DNA of 56,518 nucleotides from Thermodesulfobacteriota bacterium. Its GTDB lineage: Bacteria > Desulfobacterota > Desulfomonilia > UBA1062. The notes beneath the pieces are model-generated. The model did no database searches and was not told the origin of the DNA. It was given only the letters and a program-made list of their open reading frames with translations. Each line of letters opens with the position of its first letter. Within the stretch, counting starts at the first letter, position 1. Below, in pieces: positions 34,931 to 44,086 of this stretch. Where the stretch lies: positions 1 to 56,518 of the forward strand of contig JALOOZ010000012.1 of the NCBI GenBank assembly GCA_025454155.1, written 5' to 3'. The translations under genes were made by a program, and so were the position numbers.

Positions 34931-37144
34931 TCAAACCTGACTCGGCATGCCCTCCCGGACATCCCCCTTCACGGGAAGGCCGTCCTCGGCGCTGGGCGCA
35001 TGGGCGGCACGAACCCTGAACACCTGGTCCGCCACGAGTTCTTCGTCCGGAACCGCCTTTTCGACCCGGAAGGATTTTCTCTGGAGGAACTCCTCCTTCT
35101 TGCCGTTGTTCCACTGCGCCACAGGCCTCAGGTAGCCGACCACACGGGAATACACCTCGGTGATCTCGCTGCATTCAGGGCACTGGGGGTGGTTGCCGGT
35201 GAGATACCCATGGCCCGGGCAGACGCTGAAGGTCGGGCTGAAGGTGAAGTAGGGGATCTTGTATCCATTGCAGATCTTCATGACGAGGCGCTTGATGACC
35301 ACGGGATCGTCCACGCGCTCCCCGGCAAAGAGGTGCAGGACCGTGCCGCCGGTGTACTTGGCCTGGATGTCGTCCTGCAGGTCCAGGGCCTCGAAGATGT
35401 CGTCCGTATAGTTCACCGGGAGCTGCGAGGAGTTGGTGTAGTAGGGCTCATGGCTCTGGCGGTACGCCTCCTCGTTGGCGCAGATGATCTCCGGATAGCG
35501 TTTCTTGTCGAGGCGGGCCATGCGGTATGAGGTGCCTTCGGCCGGCGTTGCCTCGAAGTTGTAGTTGTTGCCGGTCTTTTCCTGGAGGATGACAAGCTTG
35601 TCACGGATGAAATCCGCCACCTTCAGGGCAAAGAGACGGCCCTGTTCGGTGCCGATGTCCCTGCCGAAGAGATTCACGCAGGCCTCGTTCATGCCCACGA
35701 TGCCGATGGTGGAGAAGTGGTTCTTCCAGTATTCCCCGAACTTCTGCTTCATTCCGGCCAGATAGTACTTGGTGTAGGGGTAGAGGTTGTGGTCGGTGAA
35801 GCTCTCAAGGACCTTGCGCTTGATCTCGAGGCTCGTGCTCGCGATGTCGATGAGGTCCTCGAGCCGCTGCATGAAATCCCCCTCCGAAGAGCTCAGGTGC
35901 CCCAGCCTCGGCAGGTTGATGGTTACGACCCCGATGGATCCGGTCAGCGGATTGGAGCCGAACAGCCCGCCTCCCCTCTTGACCAGCTCCCGGTTGTCGA
36001 TCCTGAGCCTGCAGCACATGCTCCTGGCATCTTCAGGGTCCATGTCCGAGTTGATGAAGTTCGAGAAATAGGGCACCCCGTATTTTGCGGTCATCTCCCA
36101 CAGGCCTTCCAGATTCGGATTATCCCAGTTGAAGTCGGAGGTGATGTTGTAGGTGGGGATGGGGAACGTGAAAACCCTGCCCTTCGCGTCGCCGTTGGCC
36201 ATGACCTCGACGAAGGCCCTGTTGAACAGGTCCATCTCGTGCTGGAATTCGCCATAGGTCGCATCCTGGATCTTCCCGCCGATGACCACGCCCTGGTCGG
36301 CATAGTGCGAAGGCACGTCCAGGTCCAGCGTCACGTTGGTGAACGGGGTCTGGAAGCCGACCCTGGTCGGCACATTGATGTTGAAGATGAATTCCTGCAG
36401 GGCCTGCTTCACCTGGAGATAGTCGAGATTGTCATAGCGGATGAATGGCGCCAGCAGGGTGTCGAAGTTGGAAAAGGCCTGTGCGCCGGCGGCCTCGCCC
36501 TGGAGGGTGTAGAAGAAGTTCACGATCTGGCCCAGGGCGGTGCGGAAATGCTTGGCAGGTTTGCTTTCGACCTTGCCGGGAGCCCCCTTGAACCCCTGGA
36601 GCAGGAGGTCGTAGAGGTCCCACCCCACGCAGTAGACCGAGATGATGTTGAGGTCATGGATATGGAAGTCGCCGCCGGAATGGGCATTGCGCACCTCGGG
36701 CGGATAGATCTTGTTGAGCCAGTAGATCTTGCTGATCTCCGACGAGAGATAGTTGTTCAGTCCCTGGAGCGAGAACGCCATGTTGCTGTTCTCGTTGACC
36801 TGCCAGTCGAGCTTTTCGAGATACTGGTCGATGAGGTCCACGCCCATGCCCGCCTTGATGTCGCGGATCTTGGCATGCTGGTCCCGGTAGATTATGTAGG
36901 CCTTGGCGGTCTTCCGGTACATCGACTGCAGAAGCACCTCCTCAACGATGTCCTGTACGGACTCCACCGACGGTATGTCCTCTACGGTCTGCTGTGATAT
37001 GGAGAGCACCTTGACCATGAGCTTATGGGCCATGGCATCGTCGAATTCCTCAGTGGCTCTGCCTGCCTTGGCAATGGCTGCCGTGATCTTGGATGCATCG
37101 AAAGGGACAACGCGGCCGTCCCTCTTCCTGATGGTGGTGAACAT
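34931..37144 (-). CDS. nrdD: Anaerobic ribonucleoside-triphosphate reductase (class III)
   Basis: 737 aa with an ATP-cone (MFTTIRKRDGRVVPFDASKITAAIAKAG), a Zn site (...CPGHGYLTGNHPQCPEC...) and a glycyl-radical motif (...YSRVVGYLRPVAQWNNGKKEEF...). About 45 extra C-terminal residues are present. Confidence 0.95.
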   Translation of the reverse strand: MFTTIRKRDGRVVPFDASKITAAIAKAGRATEEFDDAMAHKLMVKVLSISQQTVEDIPSVESVQDIVEEVLLQSMYRKTAKAYIIYRDQHAKIRDIKAGMGVDLIDQYLEKLDWQVNENSNMAFSLQGLNNYLSSEISKIYWLNKIYPPEVRNAHSGGDFHIHDLNIISVYCVGWDLYDLLLQGFKGAPGKVESKPAKHFRTALGQIVNFFYTLQGEAAGAQAFSNFDTLLAPFIRYDNLDYLQVKQALQEFIFNINVPTRVGFQTPFTNVTLDLDVPSHYADQGVVIGGKIQDATYGEFQHEMDLFNRAFVEVMANGDAKGRVFTFPIPTYNITSDFNWDNPNLEGLWEMTAKYGVPYFSNFINSDMDPEDARSMCCRLRIDNRELVKRGGGLFGSNPLTGSIGVVTINLPRLGHLSSSEGDFMQRLEDLIDIASTSLEIKRKVLESFTDHNLYPYTKYYLAGMKQKFGEYWKNHFSTIGIVGMNEACVNLFGRDIGTEQGRLFALKVADFIRDKLVILQEKTGNNYNFEATPAEGTSYRMARLDKKRYPEIICANEEAYRQSHEPYYTNSSQLPVNYTDDIFEALDLQDDIQAKYTGGTVLHLFAGERVDDPVVIKRLVMKICNGYKIPYFTFSPTFSVCPGHGYLTGNHPQCPECSEITEVYSRVVGYLRPVAQWNNGKKEEFLQRKSFRVEKAVPDEELVADQVFRVRAAHAPSAEDGLPVKGDVREGMPSQV

Positions 37145-37218
37145 ACGATTCCTCCTCTAAGAATCAATCATCATAGGTTGTTCTGTTTACGACACCTTCC
37201 GCCTCAGTTCACCTAAAA

Positions 37219-37264
37219 ATACTATATATAGTGTACTAAACAAACCGTCATACTATATATGGCC
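37219..37264 (-). promoter_or_regulatory. Tandem NrdR boxes overlapping the nrdD promoter
   Basis: Two AT-rich palindromes, atACTATATATAGTgt (37219-37234, tail to ~37236) and catACTATATATGGcc (37249-37264), with cores 31 nt apart. On the minus strand, TTGCAA (37277-37282), a 17-nt spacer and TATATA (37254-37259) place the -10 element inside the upstream box. Confidence 0.7.
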
Positions 37265-37346
37265 TTTCATACCGGATTGCAAGGGGAAAAATGAAAACGA
37301 TTCTTACATGGGTTCCGGCACAGGATCATGGTGATTCCGACATGGA

Positions 37347-37367
37347 GCAGGGCGACCCGTGCCCTGC
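37347..37367 (-). terminator. Weak hairpin downstream of the acyl-CoA synthetase gene
   Basis: gcagggc-N7-gccctgc (7-bp stem) lies about 50 nt after the stop at 37418. There is no clear U-tract, so termination is uncertain. Confidence 0.25.
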
Positions 37368-37417
37368 ACCATGTTCATGAAATCTCTGTGATCATTGAAG
37401 TTTTCGCAGGGGTTGGA

Positions 37418-39223
37418 TCATTCCCCTTCTCTGTACATCCCGTCGATCTCGGCGGCATAATTCATGTTGACGATCTTGCGCTTGATCTTGAGGGTCGGTG
37501 TGAGCTCGCCGGTATCGATGCTGAACTCCCTGGGCAGGATGCAGAATCTGCGTATCTGCTCGACCCGGGCATAATCCTTCATGAGATCTTTGATCCTTGC
37601 CTCGTAAAAGGCGATGATCTCGGGTTTTTTCACCAGGTCTTCGTTGGAGTTGAAGGACACTCCCTGTTTCTTGACATAATCGGTAAGCTCCTTGAAGTTG
37701 GGAACGATGAGTGCGCTCAGGAATTTCTTGCCTTCGCCGATGACCACGCACTGCTCGATGAAAAGGTCGGAGACCAGGCTGTTCTCGATGTTCTGTGGGG
37801 CGATGTTCTTTCCGCCTGCCGTGACGATGATGTCCTTTTTCCTGTCCGTGATGTACAGGCAGCCGCGGTCGTCTATCCTGCCGATGTCCCCGGTCATGAA
37901 CCACCCGTCATCCGTGAAGACGGCCTTCGTGTCGTCGGGTTTGTTGAAATAGCCCTTCATGACCTGGGGGCCTTTGATGAGGATCTCTCCATCCTGGGCC
38001 AACCTGACCTGGGTGTCGGGTAGCGCCGGTCCCACCGAACCGAATTCAAATACATCAAAACGGTTCACGTTGGTCACCGTGCACGTCTCAGTGAGGCCGT
38101 AGCCGTTGTGCACCGCCACACCGATGCCGTTGAAGAACCGATCGATTTCAGTGGCCAGCGGGCCGCCGCCGCTGATGAAGATCCTTATCCGGTCGAGCCC
38201 CAGGGTATATCTCAGTTTGCTGAAGACCAGCATCTCGGCCAGGTCGTACTGCATCCTGATGGTCCCGGGCATGGGCTTCTTCTGCACGAGGTAGTCCACT
38301 GCCCGGTCGGATACGGCCACAGCCCACTCAAAGAGCTTTTTCTTCAGGGGCGGGGCCTTGTCTGCCTTGGACATGATGCCCGAGTGGAGCTTTTCAAAGA
38401 GCCTGGGCACACTCACGACCAGGGTCGGCCGGATCTCCTGCATGTTTTCCAGGACCGTGGAAAAGGATTCGGCAAGATTGATGGTGGCCCCGATCTGGAT
38501 CATGAGATACAGAGACACCGTCCTTCCGAGTGAATGGCTCCAGGGGAGGAGGGCCAATGACTCGTCCCGGTGTCCGATGATGGAGTGCGAGGCATAGGCC
38601 TGCATGACATTGGTCACGAAGTTGTCGTGGCTGAGCATGACGCCCTTGGGCTGGCCCGTGGTCCCGGAGGTGTAGATGAGGGTGGCGAGACCCTCGGGCA
38701 GGATGCCCTGAAGGCGGCTATCGAAGACGGACTTGTCCACGGAGGCATCGCCTCGCCTCATGAGCTCATCGAAGCTGATGACATGATCGCCGGGCACATC
38801 GATCTCGTCGAAGGTGACGATGAATTGCAGCGGGGAAAGCCTCGCCTTCACCGAGAGTATCCTGTCCAGGTGGTCCTTGTCGGAGACGAAGAGCACCTTG
38901 GTCAGGGAGTCGTTGACGATGTATGCGGCCTCGGCAGCCGAATTGGTGGCATAGATGGGGGCATCCGTGGCCCCGATAGACAGTGCTGCCAGATCGGCGA
39001 CCAGCCACTGCCAGCAGTTTTCGGAAAAGATGCCGACCATGTCGGCAGGCTCGACCCCGAGCGATATGAGGCCGAGTCCCGCCCGGGTGACCATGCTCTG
39101 CATCTCCTTCCAGCTGATGGGCACATACCTGCCATCCTTCTTGTACCGTATACAGGTCTCATACTGGTACTTTTCCGCCCTGTTGTGAAAGATGCCGGCA
39201 ATGTTTTTCTCGGAATACGCCAT
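37418..39223 (-). CDS. Long-chain fatty-acid--CoA ligase (AMP-forming)
   Basis: ORF 37418-39352. ATG 39223 follows gagaaggaggg. It reads MAYSEKNIAGIFHNRAEKY..., with AMP-binding motifs (...LIYTSGTTGQPKGVMLSH..., ...GYGLTET..., ...GWFMTGDIG..., ...GGKNIAPQ...). Confidence 0.85.
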   Translation of the reverse strand: MAYSEKNIAGIFHNRAEKYQYETCIRYKKDGRYVPISWKEMQSMVTRAGLGLISLGVEPADMVGIFSENCWQWLVADLAALSIGATDAPIYATNSAAEAAYIVNDSLTKVLFVSDKDHLDRILSVKARLSPLQFIVTFDEIDVPGDHVISFDELMRRGDASVDKSVFDSRLQGILPEGLATLIYTSGTTGQPKGVMLSHDNFVTNVMQAYASHSIIGHRDESLALLPWSHSLGRTVSLYLMIQIGATINLAESFSTVLENMQEIRPTLVVSVPRLFEKLHSGIMSKADKAPPLKKKLFEWAVAVSDRAVDYLVQKKPMPGTIRMQYDLAEMLVFSKLRYTLGLDRIRIFISGGGPLATEIDRFFNGIGVAVHNGYGLTETCTVTNVNRFDVFEFGSVGPALPDTQVRLAQDGEILIKGPQVMKGYFNKPDDTKAVFTDDGWFMTGDIGRIDDRGCLYITDRKKDIIVTAGGKNIAPQNIENSLVSDLFIEQCVVIGEGKKFLSALIVPNFKELTDYVKKQGVSFNSNEDLVKKPEIIAFYEARIKDLMKDYARVEQIRRFCILPREFSIDTGELTPTLKIKRKIVNMNYAAEIDGMYREGE

Positions 39224-39487
39224 GATCCCCTCCTTCTCAGGTTCTTCGGATGACTTCAAACATCTCGTGTTGTCCGGAAGTATGTTCTGGGGCCGGATCA
39301 GGGACTGCTCAGGAAGGAAGCGGTGGCCGGCGGCGAGGGTGTCCAAGGGCACCGACCCCTCCCTTTCTCCCCGTGTTTCCGGTGATCCGGGCGCACCTGT
39401 ATGTATACCATTTCATCGGGTTGAACAACCACTTTCTCCGAGGTGCCCGAGCCTGGATCATTGCTAAGAACCGGGTAATTCATTATA

Positions 39488-40330
39488 GTGTCCACAATGA
39501 ACAATGCCCTGACCATCGACCTCGAAGAGTACTTCCAGATCCACGTTCTCGCCGGTCATATCAACCCGGACACATGGCATACGTTCCCCTCCTTCGTGCA
39601 GGAGAACACCCAGAGGATCCTCGACATGCTCGACGAGAAAGGGATCAGGGCGACCTTTTTCTGCCTCGGATGGATCGCCGAGCGCCATGGAGATCTTGTC
39701 CGCCGGATCCATCGGATGGGACACGAGGTTGCCTGTCATGGGTATGCCCACCAGGTCATCTATCAGCAGGACCCCGCACGGTTCCGCGAGGATGTGACCA
39801 GGGCCAGGCAGGTCCTCGAGGATGCCACGGGTCAACCCGTCATCGGCTACCGGGCCCCCACCTACTCCATCACGGAAAAGACCATGTGGGCACTGCAGAT
39901 TCTGGAAGAGGTGGGTTTCCGTTACGACTCGAGCATCTTCCCGATCTACCACGACAATTACGGTATCCCGGATGCACCCAGGTTTCCCTTCAGGGTGCCG
40001 GGGAAAACCCTTGTGGAGTTTCCCATCTCAACGCTCCGCATGGGTCCCGTCAACCTCCCCATCTCGGGGGGGGGATACTTCCGGCTGCTGCCCTACCCCC
40101 TCACGAAGATGGGGCTCAGGGTCCTGGCTTCGAGCAGGAGGCCCTTTGTCTTCTACATCCACCCCTGGGAGTTGAATCCCGATACACCGAAGGTGCCGGG
40201 GATGTCGGCGATCTCGCGGTTCAGGACCTATACAGGCATAGGTACGGCCAGGGCCAGGTTCGAGCGCCTGCTCGCGGATTTCCGGTTCGCCCCGGCCAGG
40301 GACGTGCTGACGGAGCTCGGCCTCCTGTGA
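39488..40330 (+). CDS. Polysaccharide deacetylase family protein (DUF3473 / PEP-CTERM-locus-type)
   Basis: 280 aa: ...NALTIDLEEYFQIHVLAG..., NodB-like ...GIRATFFCLGWIAERHGDLVRRIHRMGHEVACHGYAH..., and a C-terminal ...SGGGYFRLLPY... Confidence 0.78.
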   Translation: MSTMNNALTIDLEEYFQIHVLAGHINPDTWHTFPSFVQENTQRILDMLDEKGIRATFFCLGWIAERHGDLVRRIHRMGHEVACHGYAHQVIYQQDPARFREDVTRARQVLEDATGQPVIGYRAPTYSITEKTMWALQILEEVGFRYDSSIFPIYHDNYGIPDAPRFPFRVPGKTLVEFPISTLRMGPVNLPISGGGYFRLLPYPLTKMGLRVLASSRRPFVFYIHPWELNPDTPKVPGMSAISRFRTYTGIGTARARFERLLADFRFAPARDVLTELGLL

Positions 40331-40340
40331 TCCGCTTCCA

Positions 40341-42329
40341 TCAGGTCCTTCTCAGCGCCTGCCGGGCCTCTTCCCCGGTCTCATAGATGTGCGGCGCGAG
40401 CCTTCTCTTGTTCAAGGCCTCGCCCAGCTTCATCCGGAGAAAGGTGTTGGTTGTGTATCTGGTCACCCCTGAATAATATTTCTTCACCACCCTGCGCACC
40501 ATGGCCGTGTAATCGTCCACGAGTTCGGGCAGGATGTCGAAGTTGTCGTAGTTCACGATGGTGTAGACCTTCCTCTGCAGGGGGGAGCATATCCTGGTGA
40601 CCATGTTCTCGATCTCTTGTATGTCCTGTATGTTTCTGACCTTGTACCCCTCGAAGTTCACGAAGAAGAGGTTCTCCACCGGGTCGTAGGTGAGCCGCTC
40701 CGTCAGGCTCAGCTCGGTCATGTCATCGAGCAGAGCCATGCGGATGGGCCGGAAGATCCGTTCGTCCATGGTCAGCGGCCGGGCTCTGATGACCGGGGTG
40801 AAGCCCATGTGGGCCAGGATGTCGCGCTCGATGTCGATGCCGGGGGCCACCTCGATGAGTTCGAGGCCGTCCCTTCCAAGCGAGAACACGCACCGCTCGG
40901 TGATGTAGAAGACCGGCTGACCTTTCATCAGGGCATAGCGCCCACTGAAGGTGACCTGTTCCACCTGGTCGAGGAATTTCCTTTCGGTCCCCTCCTGGTC
41001 TATGACGAGCATTCGCTCCTTGACCGAGACCTTGAGCCCCCCTGCAGTGAACGTGCCCACGAAGACGACCTTCCGGGCGTTCTGGCTGATGTTGATGAAT
41101 CCGCCGCAGCCGGCCAGACGGTCTCCGAACCGGCTCACGTTGGTGTTCCCCTCACGGTCAGCCTGCGCCAGTCCGAGGAAGCAGCAGTCCAGCCCCCCGC
41201 CGTCATAGAAGTCGAACTGGTTGGGCTGGTCGATGATGGCCTCAGGATTCGTGGAGGCGCCGAAGCTGAGTCCGCCGGCAGGCATGCCGCCGATGGTGCC
41301 GGGCTCGGCAGTCAGGGTGATGTACTCGAGGATCTTCTCCTCGTTGGCCACCCTGGAGACGCCCTCGGGCATGCCGATGCCCAGGTTGATGATGCTGTTG
41401 CCCTTGAGTTCCATAGCCGCTCTGCGTGCAATGATCTTCCTTGCGCCCATCTCCATGGGAGGCAGCGACTGCATGGGTATCTTCACCTCGGCGCTGTATG
41501 CGGGGTTGGATCGTTCTGCAAAGGTGGTCCAGTGGTTCTCGGGCCGGGAAACCACTACGCAGTCCACCATCATGCCCGGAATCCTCACCTGGCGGGCATT
41601 GAGCGTACCGCGTTCGGCAACGCGTTCCACCTGGGCGATGACAAACCCCCCCGAGTTCTTGGCGGCCATGGCCATGGAGAGCATTTCAACGGTGAGCGCC
41701 TCCTTCTCCATGGAGATGTTCCCGTCGGTGTCCGCGGTGGTTCCCCGGATGATGGCAACGTTGACGGGGAACGTCCGGTACGCCAGGTATTCCCTGCCGT
41801 CGAAGGTGACGATCTCCACCAGATCCTCCTTCGTCACCTCGTTGACCTTTCCGCCGCCGAACCGGGGATCGATGTAGGTCCACATGCCCACGGTGGTGAT
41901 GGTCCGGGGCTTGCGGGCCGCTATGTCCCGGAACATGTGCGAGATCACGCCCTGGGGGAGGTTGTAGGCCTCGATCCTGTTCCCTATGGCGAGCGCCCCC
42001 AGCTTGGGCGCCAGGCCCCAGTGCCCGCCCACGACCCTCCTGACGAGTCCCTCGTGGGCCAGGTGGTTGAGGCCCCTTTCCTTGCCGTCTCCCTGGCCGG
42101 CTGCATAGACCAGGGTGAGGTTCCGCGGCCTGCCCGTGGCCAGAAAGTACTCCTCGATCTTGAGCAGGATCTCCTCGGGGACGCCAATGCCGACGAACCC
42201 CCCGGTCGCCACGGTGTCTCCGTCATGGATGGCCTGGATCGCCTCCTCTGCCGAAACCACCTTGCCCCTGCGCATCCGGGATGGAGGCCAGGTGGAGAGC
42301 ATGGGGTGCTGGGAACCGCGTTTTGCCAT
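40341..42329 (-). CDS. Acyl-CoA:acetate/3-ketoacid CoA-transferase (propionate CoA-transferase family) with a C-terminal extension
   Basis: 662 aa: ...[31 protein letters not shown]...[10 protein letters not shown]...[16 protein letters not shown]...[13 protein letters not shown]... The family-typical end (...[20 protein letters not shown]...) is followed by about 125 more residues. An alternative start is at ATG 42275. Confidence 0.8.
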   Translation of the reverse strand: MAKRGSQHPMLSTWPPSRMRRGKVVSAEEAIQAIHDGDTVATGGFVGIGVPEEILLKIEEYFLATGRPRNLTLVYAAGQGDGKERGLNHLAHEGLVRRVVGGHWGLAPKLGALAIGNRIEAYNLPQGVISHMFRDIAARKPRTITTVGMWTYIDPRFGGGKVNEVTKEDLVEIVTFDGREYLAYRTFPVNVAIIRGTTADTDGNISMEKEALTVEMLSMAMAAKNSGGFVIAQVERVAERGTLNARQVRIPGMMVDCVVVSRPENHWTTFAERSNPAYSAEVKIPMQSLPPMEMGARKIIARRAAMELKGNSIINLGIGMPEGVSRVANEEKILEYITLTAEPGTIGGMPAGGLSFGASTNPEAIIDQPNQFDFYDGGGLDCCFLGLAQADREGNTNVSRFGDRLAGCGGFINISQNARKVVFVGTFTAGGLKVSVKERMLVIDQEGTERKFLDQVEQVTFSGRYALMKGQPVFYITERCVFSLGRDGLELIEVAPGIDIERDILAHMGFTPVIRARPLTMDERIFRPIRMALLDDMTELSLTERLTYDPVENLFFVNFEGYKVRNIQDIQEIENMVTRICSPLQRKVYTIVNYDNFDILPELVDDYTAMVRRVVKKYYSGVTRYTTNTFLRMKLGEALNKRRLAPHIYETGEEARQALRRT

Positions 42330-42461
42330 AAAACCCCTCCTTTACACCGTCGATGGGACAGTACTAGGTCTTCCTATATCAGATAATCGACCCCCAGGCA
42401 TGGAGGATTCCGGATTCGATCACCCGCGTTCCTGTGGTATGATGACCTTCCAGGAGGAACC

Positions 42462-44069
42462 ATGCCCACCAACCGGGTGCCCCTCGAAGAGGTTCTGTTG
42501 CCCGACGAACACCGGGGCATCGAGGAGTTCTGCATGAAACGCGTGGGCGCGACCGGCCTGTCCGATCTTGCCGCATTCCTTCACGGAGAATTTTCCGTCC
42601 GGATCGAGCTCGACCAGGACATCGTCGCCGGTTATGCAACCGATCAGTCCAATCTCCCCGGTCATGCCGTGGGGCTGGCACGCCCGGAGAGCGAACGCGA
42701 ATGCGCCGTCATCCTGTGCGCCCTCAGCGCATCCGGCATCCCCGTCACCGTCTCGGCAGGGCGCACGAACCTGACCGGCAGTGCCACCCCCGAGGGCGGC
42801 ATCGTGCTTTCCCTGGAAAGGATGCATGTCCCGGAGATCGAGGTCGACCGTCAAGCGAAGACCGTCACATCGCCCGTGGGAATCATCCTCGAGGACATGA
42901 GAAGGCTCGTGCTGGAGCGGAGCGCGGGCAGGCTTTTCTTCCCTGTGGACCCGACGAGCCGTTGCGATGCCATGGTGGGAGGGGCCCTGTCCTGCAACGC
43001 CTCGGGGTTTACCCCCGGGGAGGCAGGGGCCATGAGGCCCTGGGTGAGGAACCTCCGCATCATCACCCCAGGCGGGTTTCTGGTGAGGGCGGAGCGCGGG
43101 CAGTATGTCTCCCGGGACGGGATCTTCCTGTTCACCCGGGGAACCCGGGAAAAACCTGTTCCCGTACCCAGGTATGCGAGACCCGCCATCAAGAACGCGA
43201 GCGGACCCTATTCAAGTCCGGATGGCACCATGGACCTCGTGGATCTCATGGTGGGGAGCGAGGGCGTCTTTGCCCTGATCACGGGGTGCTGCCTGGCCCT
43301 CTCGGAGCGGCCTGAAGAATATCTCGACCTCTTCGTCTCGCTCTCCGGCGAGCAGGATGCGCTCCTGCTCCTGCACCATCTCAGGGACGATCTTCCACGG
43401 CGATTCTCCGCGCTGTCGGCATGCGAGTATTTCGGCCCGCACTGCAGGGAGTTCATGGATCACGAGCACAGGTTCTTCAGGGCGGACCACCAGGTGGGGG
43501 TATACCTGCAGGTGGCCCTGGCAGGGAAGACCTTGGATGAGGGGGCCGGTGAATGGCTGAAGATCATGGCGGATGCGCCCTATTCCATAGACGAAAACGC
43601 CGTCATGGTTCTCCTGACCGATCGTGACAGGGCCATATTCTTCGAGGCGCGGCATTCGCTGCCGGCCAACTCTCTGGAGCTCGTCAAGAAGAGGGGCACC
43701 CACACCATCATGACGGACACCGTGGTCCCTCCCCCGTGCTTCGAACCATTCCTCGTTTTCGCGCATGACCTGCTCCGTTCCTCGGGGCTCGATCACCTGG
43801 TTTTCGGCCATCTGGGAGACTGCCACCTCCACTTCATGATCATGCCCGGGAAGGAACAGATGGACAGCGCTCTCTCTGTGTATGACCGTATCGTCGAAAA
43901 GTCGGCCGAGCTGGGCGGCGTTTACTCGGGCGAGCACGGCACGGGGAAGAGGAAGCGTGGTGATTTCCTGAAATGCTATGGGGGAAAGGCCGCTGAACAG
44001 ATCCTCCTGACGAAAAGCGCCCTGGACCCGAACCTGATCCTCAACCCGGGGAACGTGGTGGTGCCGTAA
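42462..44069 (+). CDS. FAD-linked oxidase (GlcD / D-lactate dehydrogenase-like)
   Basis: 535 aa with a PCMH FAD-binding domain (...IPVTVSAGRTNLTGSATPEGGIVLSLERM...) and a C-terminal ...GVYSGEHGTGKRKR... Confidence 0.8.
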   Translation: MPTNRVPLEEVLLPDEHRGIEEFCMKRVGATGLSDLAAFLHGEFSVRIELDQDIVAGYATDQSNLPGHAVGLARPESERECAVILCALSASGIPVTVSAGRTNLTGSATPEGGIVLSLERMHVPEIEVDRQAKTVTSPVGIILEDMRRLVLERSAGRLFFPVDPTSRCDAMVGGALSCNASGFTPGEAGAMRPWVRNLRIITPGGFLVRAERGQYVSRDGIFLFTRGTREKPVPVPRYARPAIKNASGPYSSPDGTMDLVDLMVGSEGVFALITGCCLALSERPEEYLDLFVSLSGEQDALLLLHHLRDDLPRRFSALSACEYFGPHCREFMDHEHRFFRADHQVGVYLQVALAGKTLDEGAGEWLKIMADAPYSIDENAVMVLLTDRDRAIFFEARHSLPANSLELVKKRGTHTIMTDTVVPPPCFEPFLVFAHDLLRSSGLDHLVFGHLGDCHLHFMIMPGKEQMDSALSVYDRIVEKSAELGGVYSGEHGTGKRKRGDFLKCYGGKAAEQILLTKSALDPNLILNPGNVVVP

Positions 44070-44086
44070 CTGCTAAAGGGTCCCCT

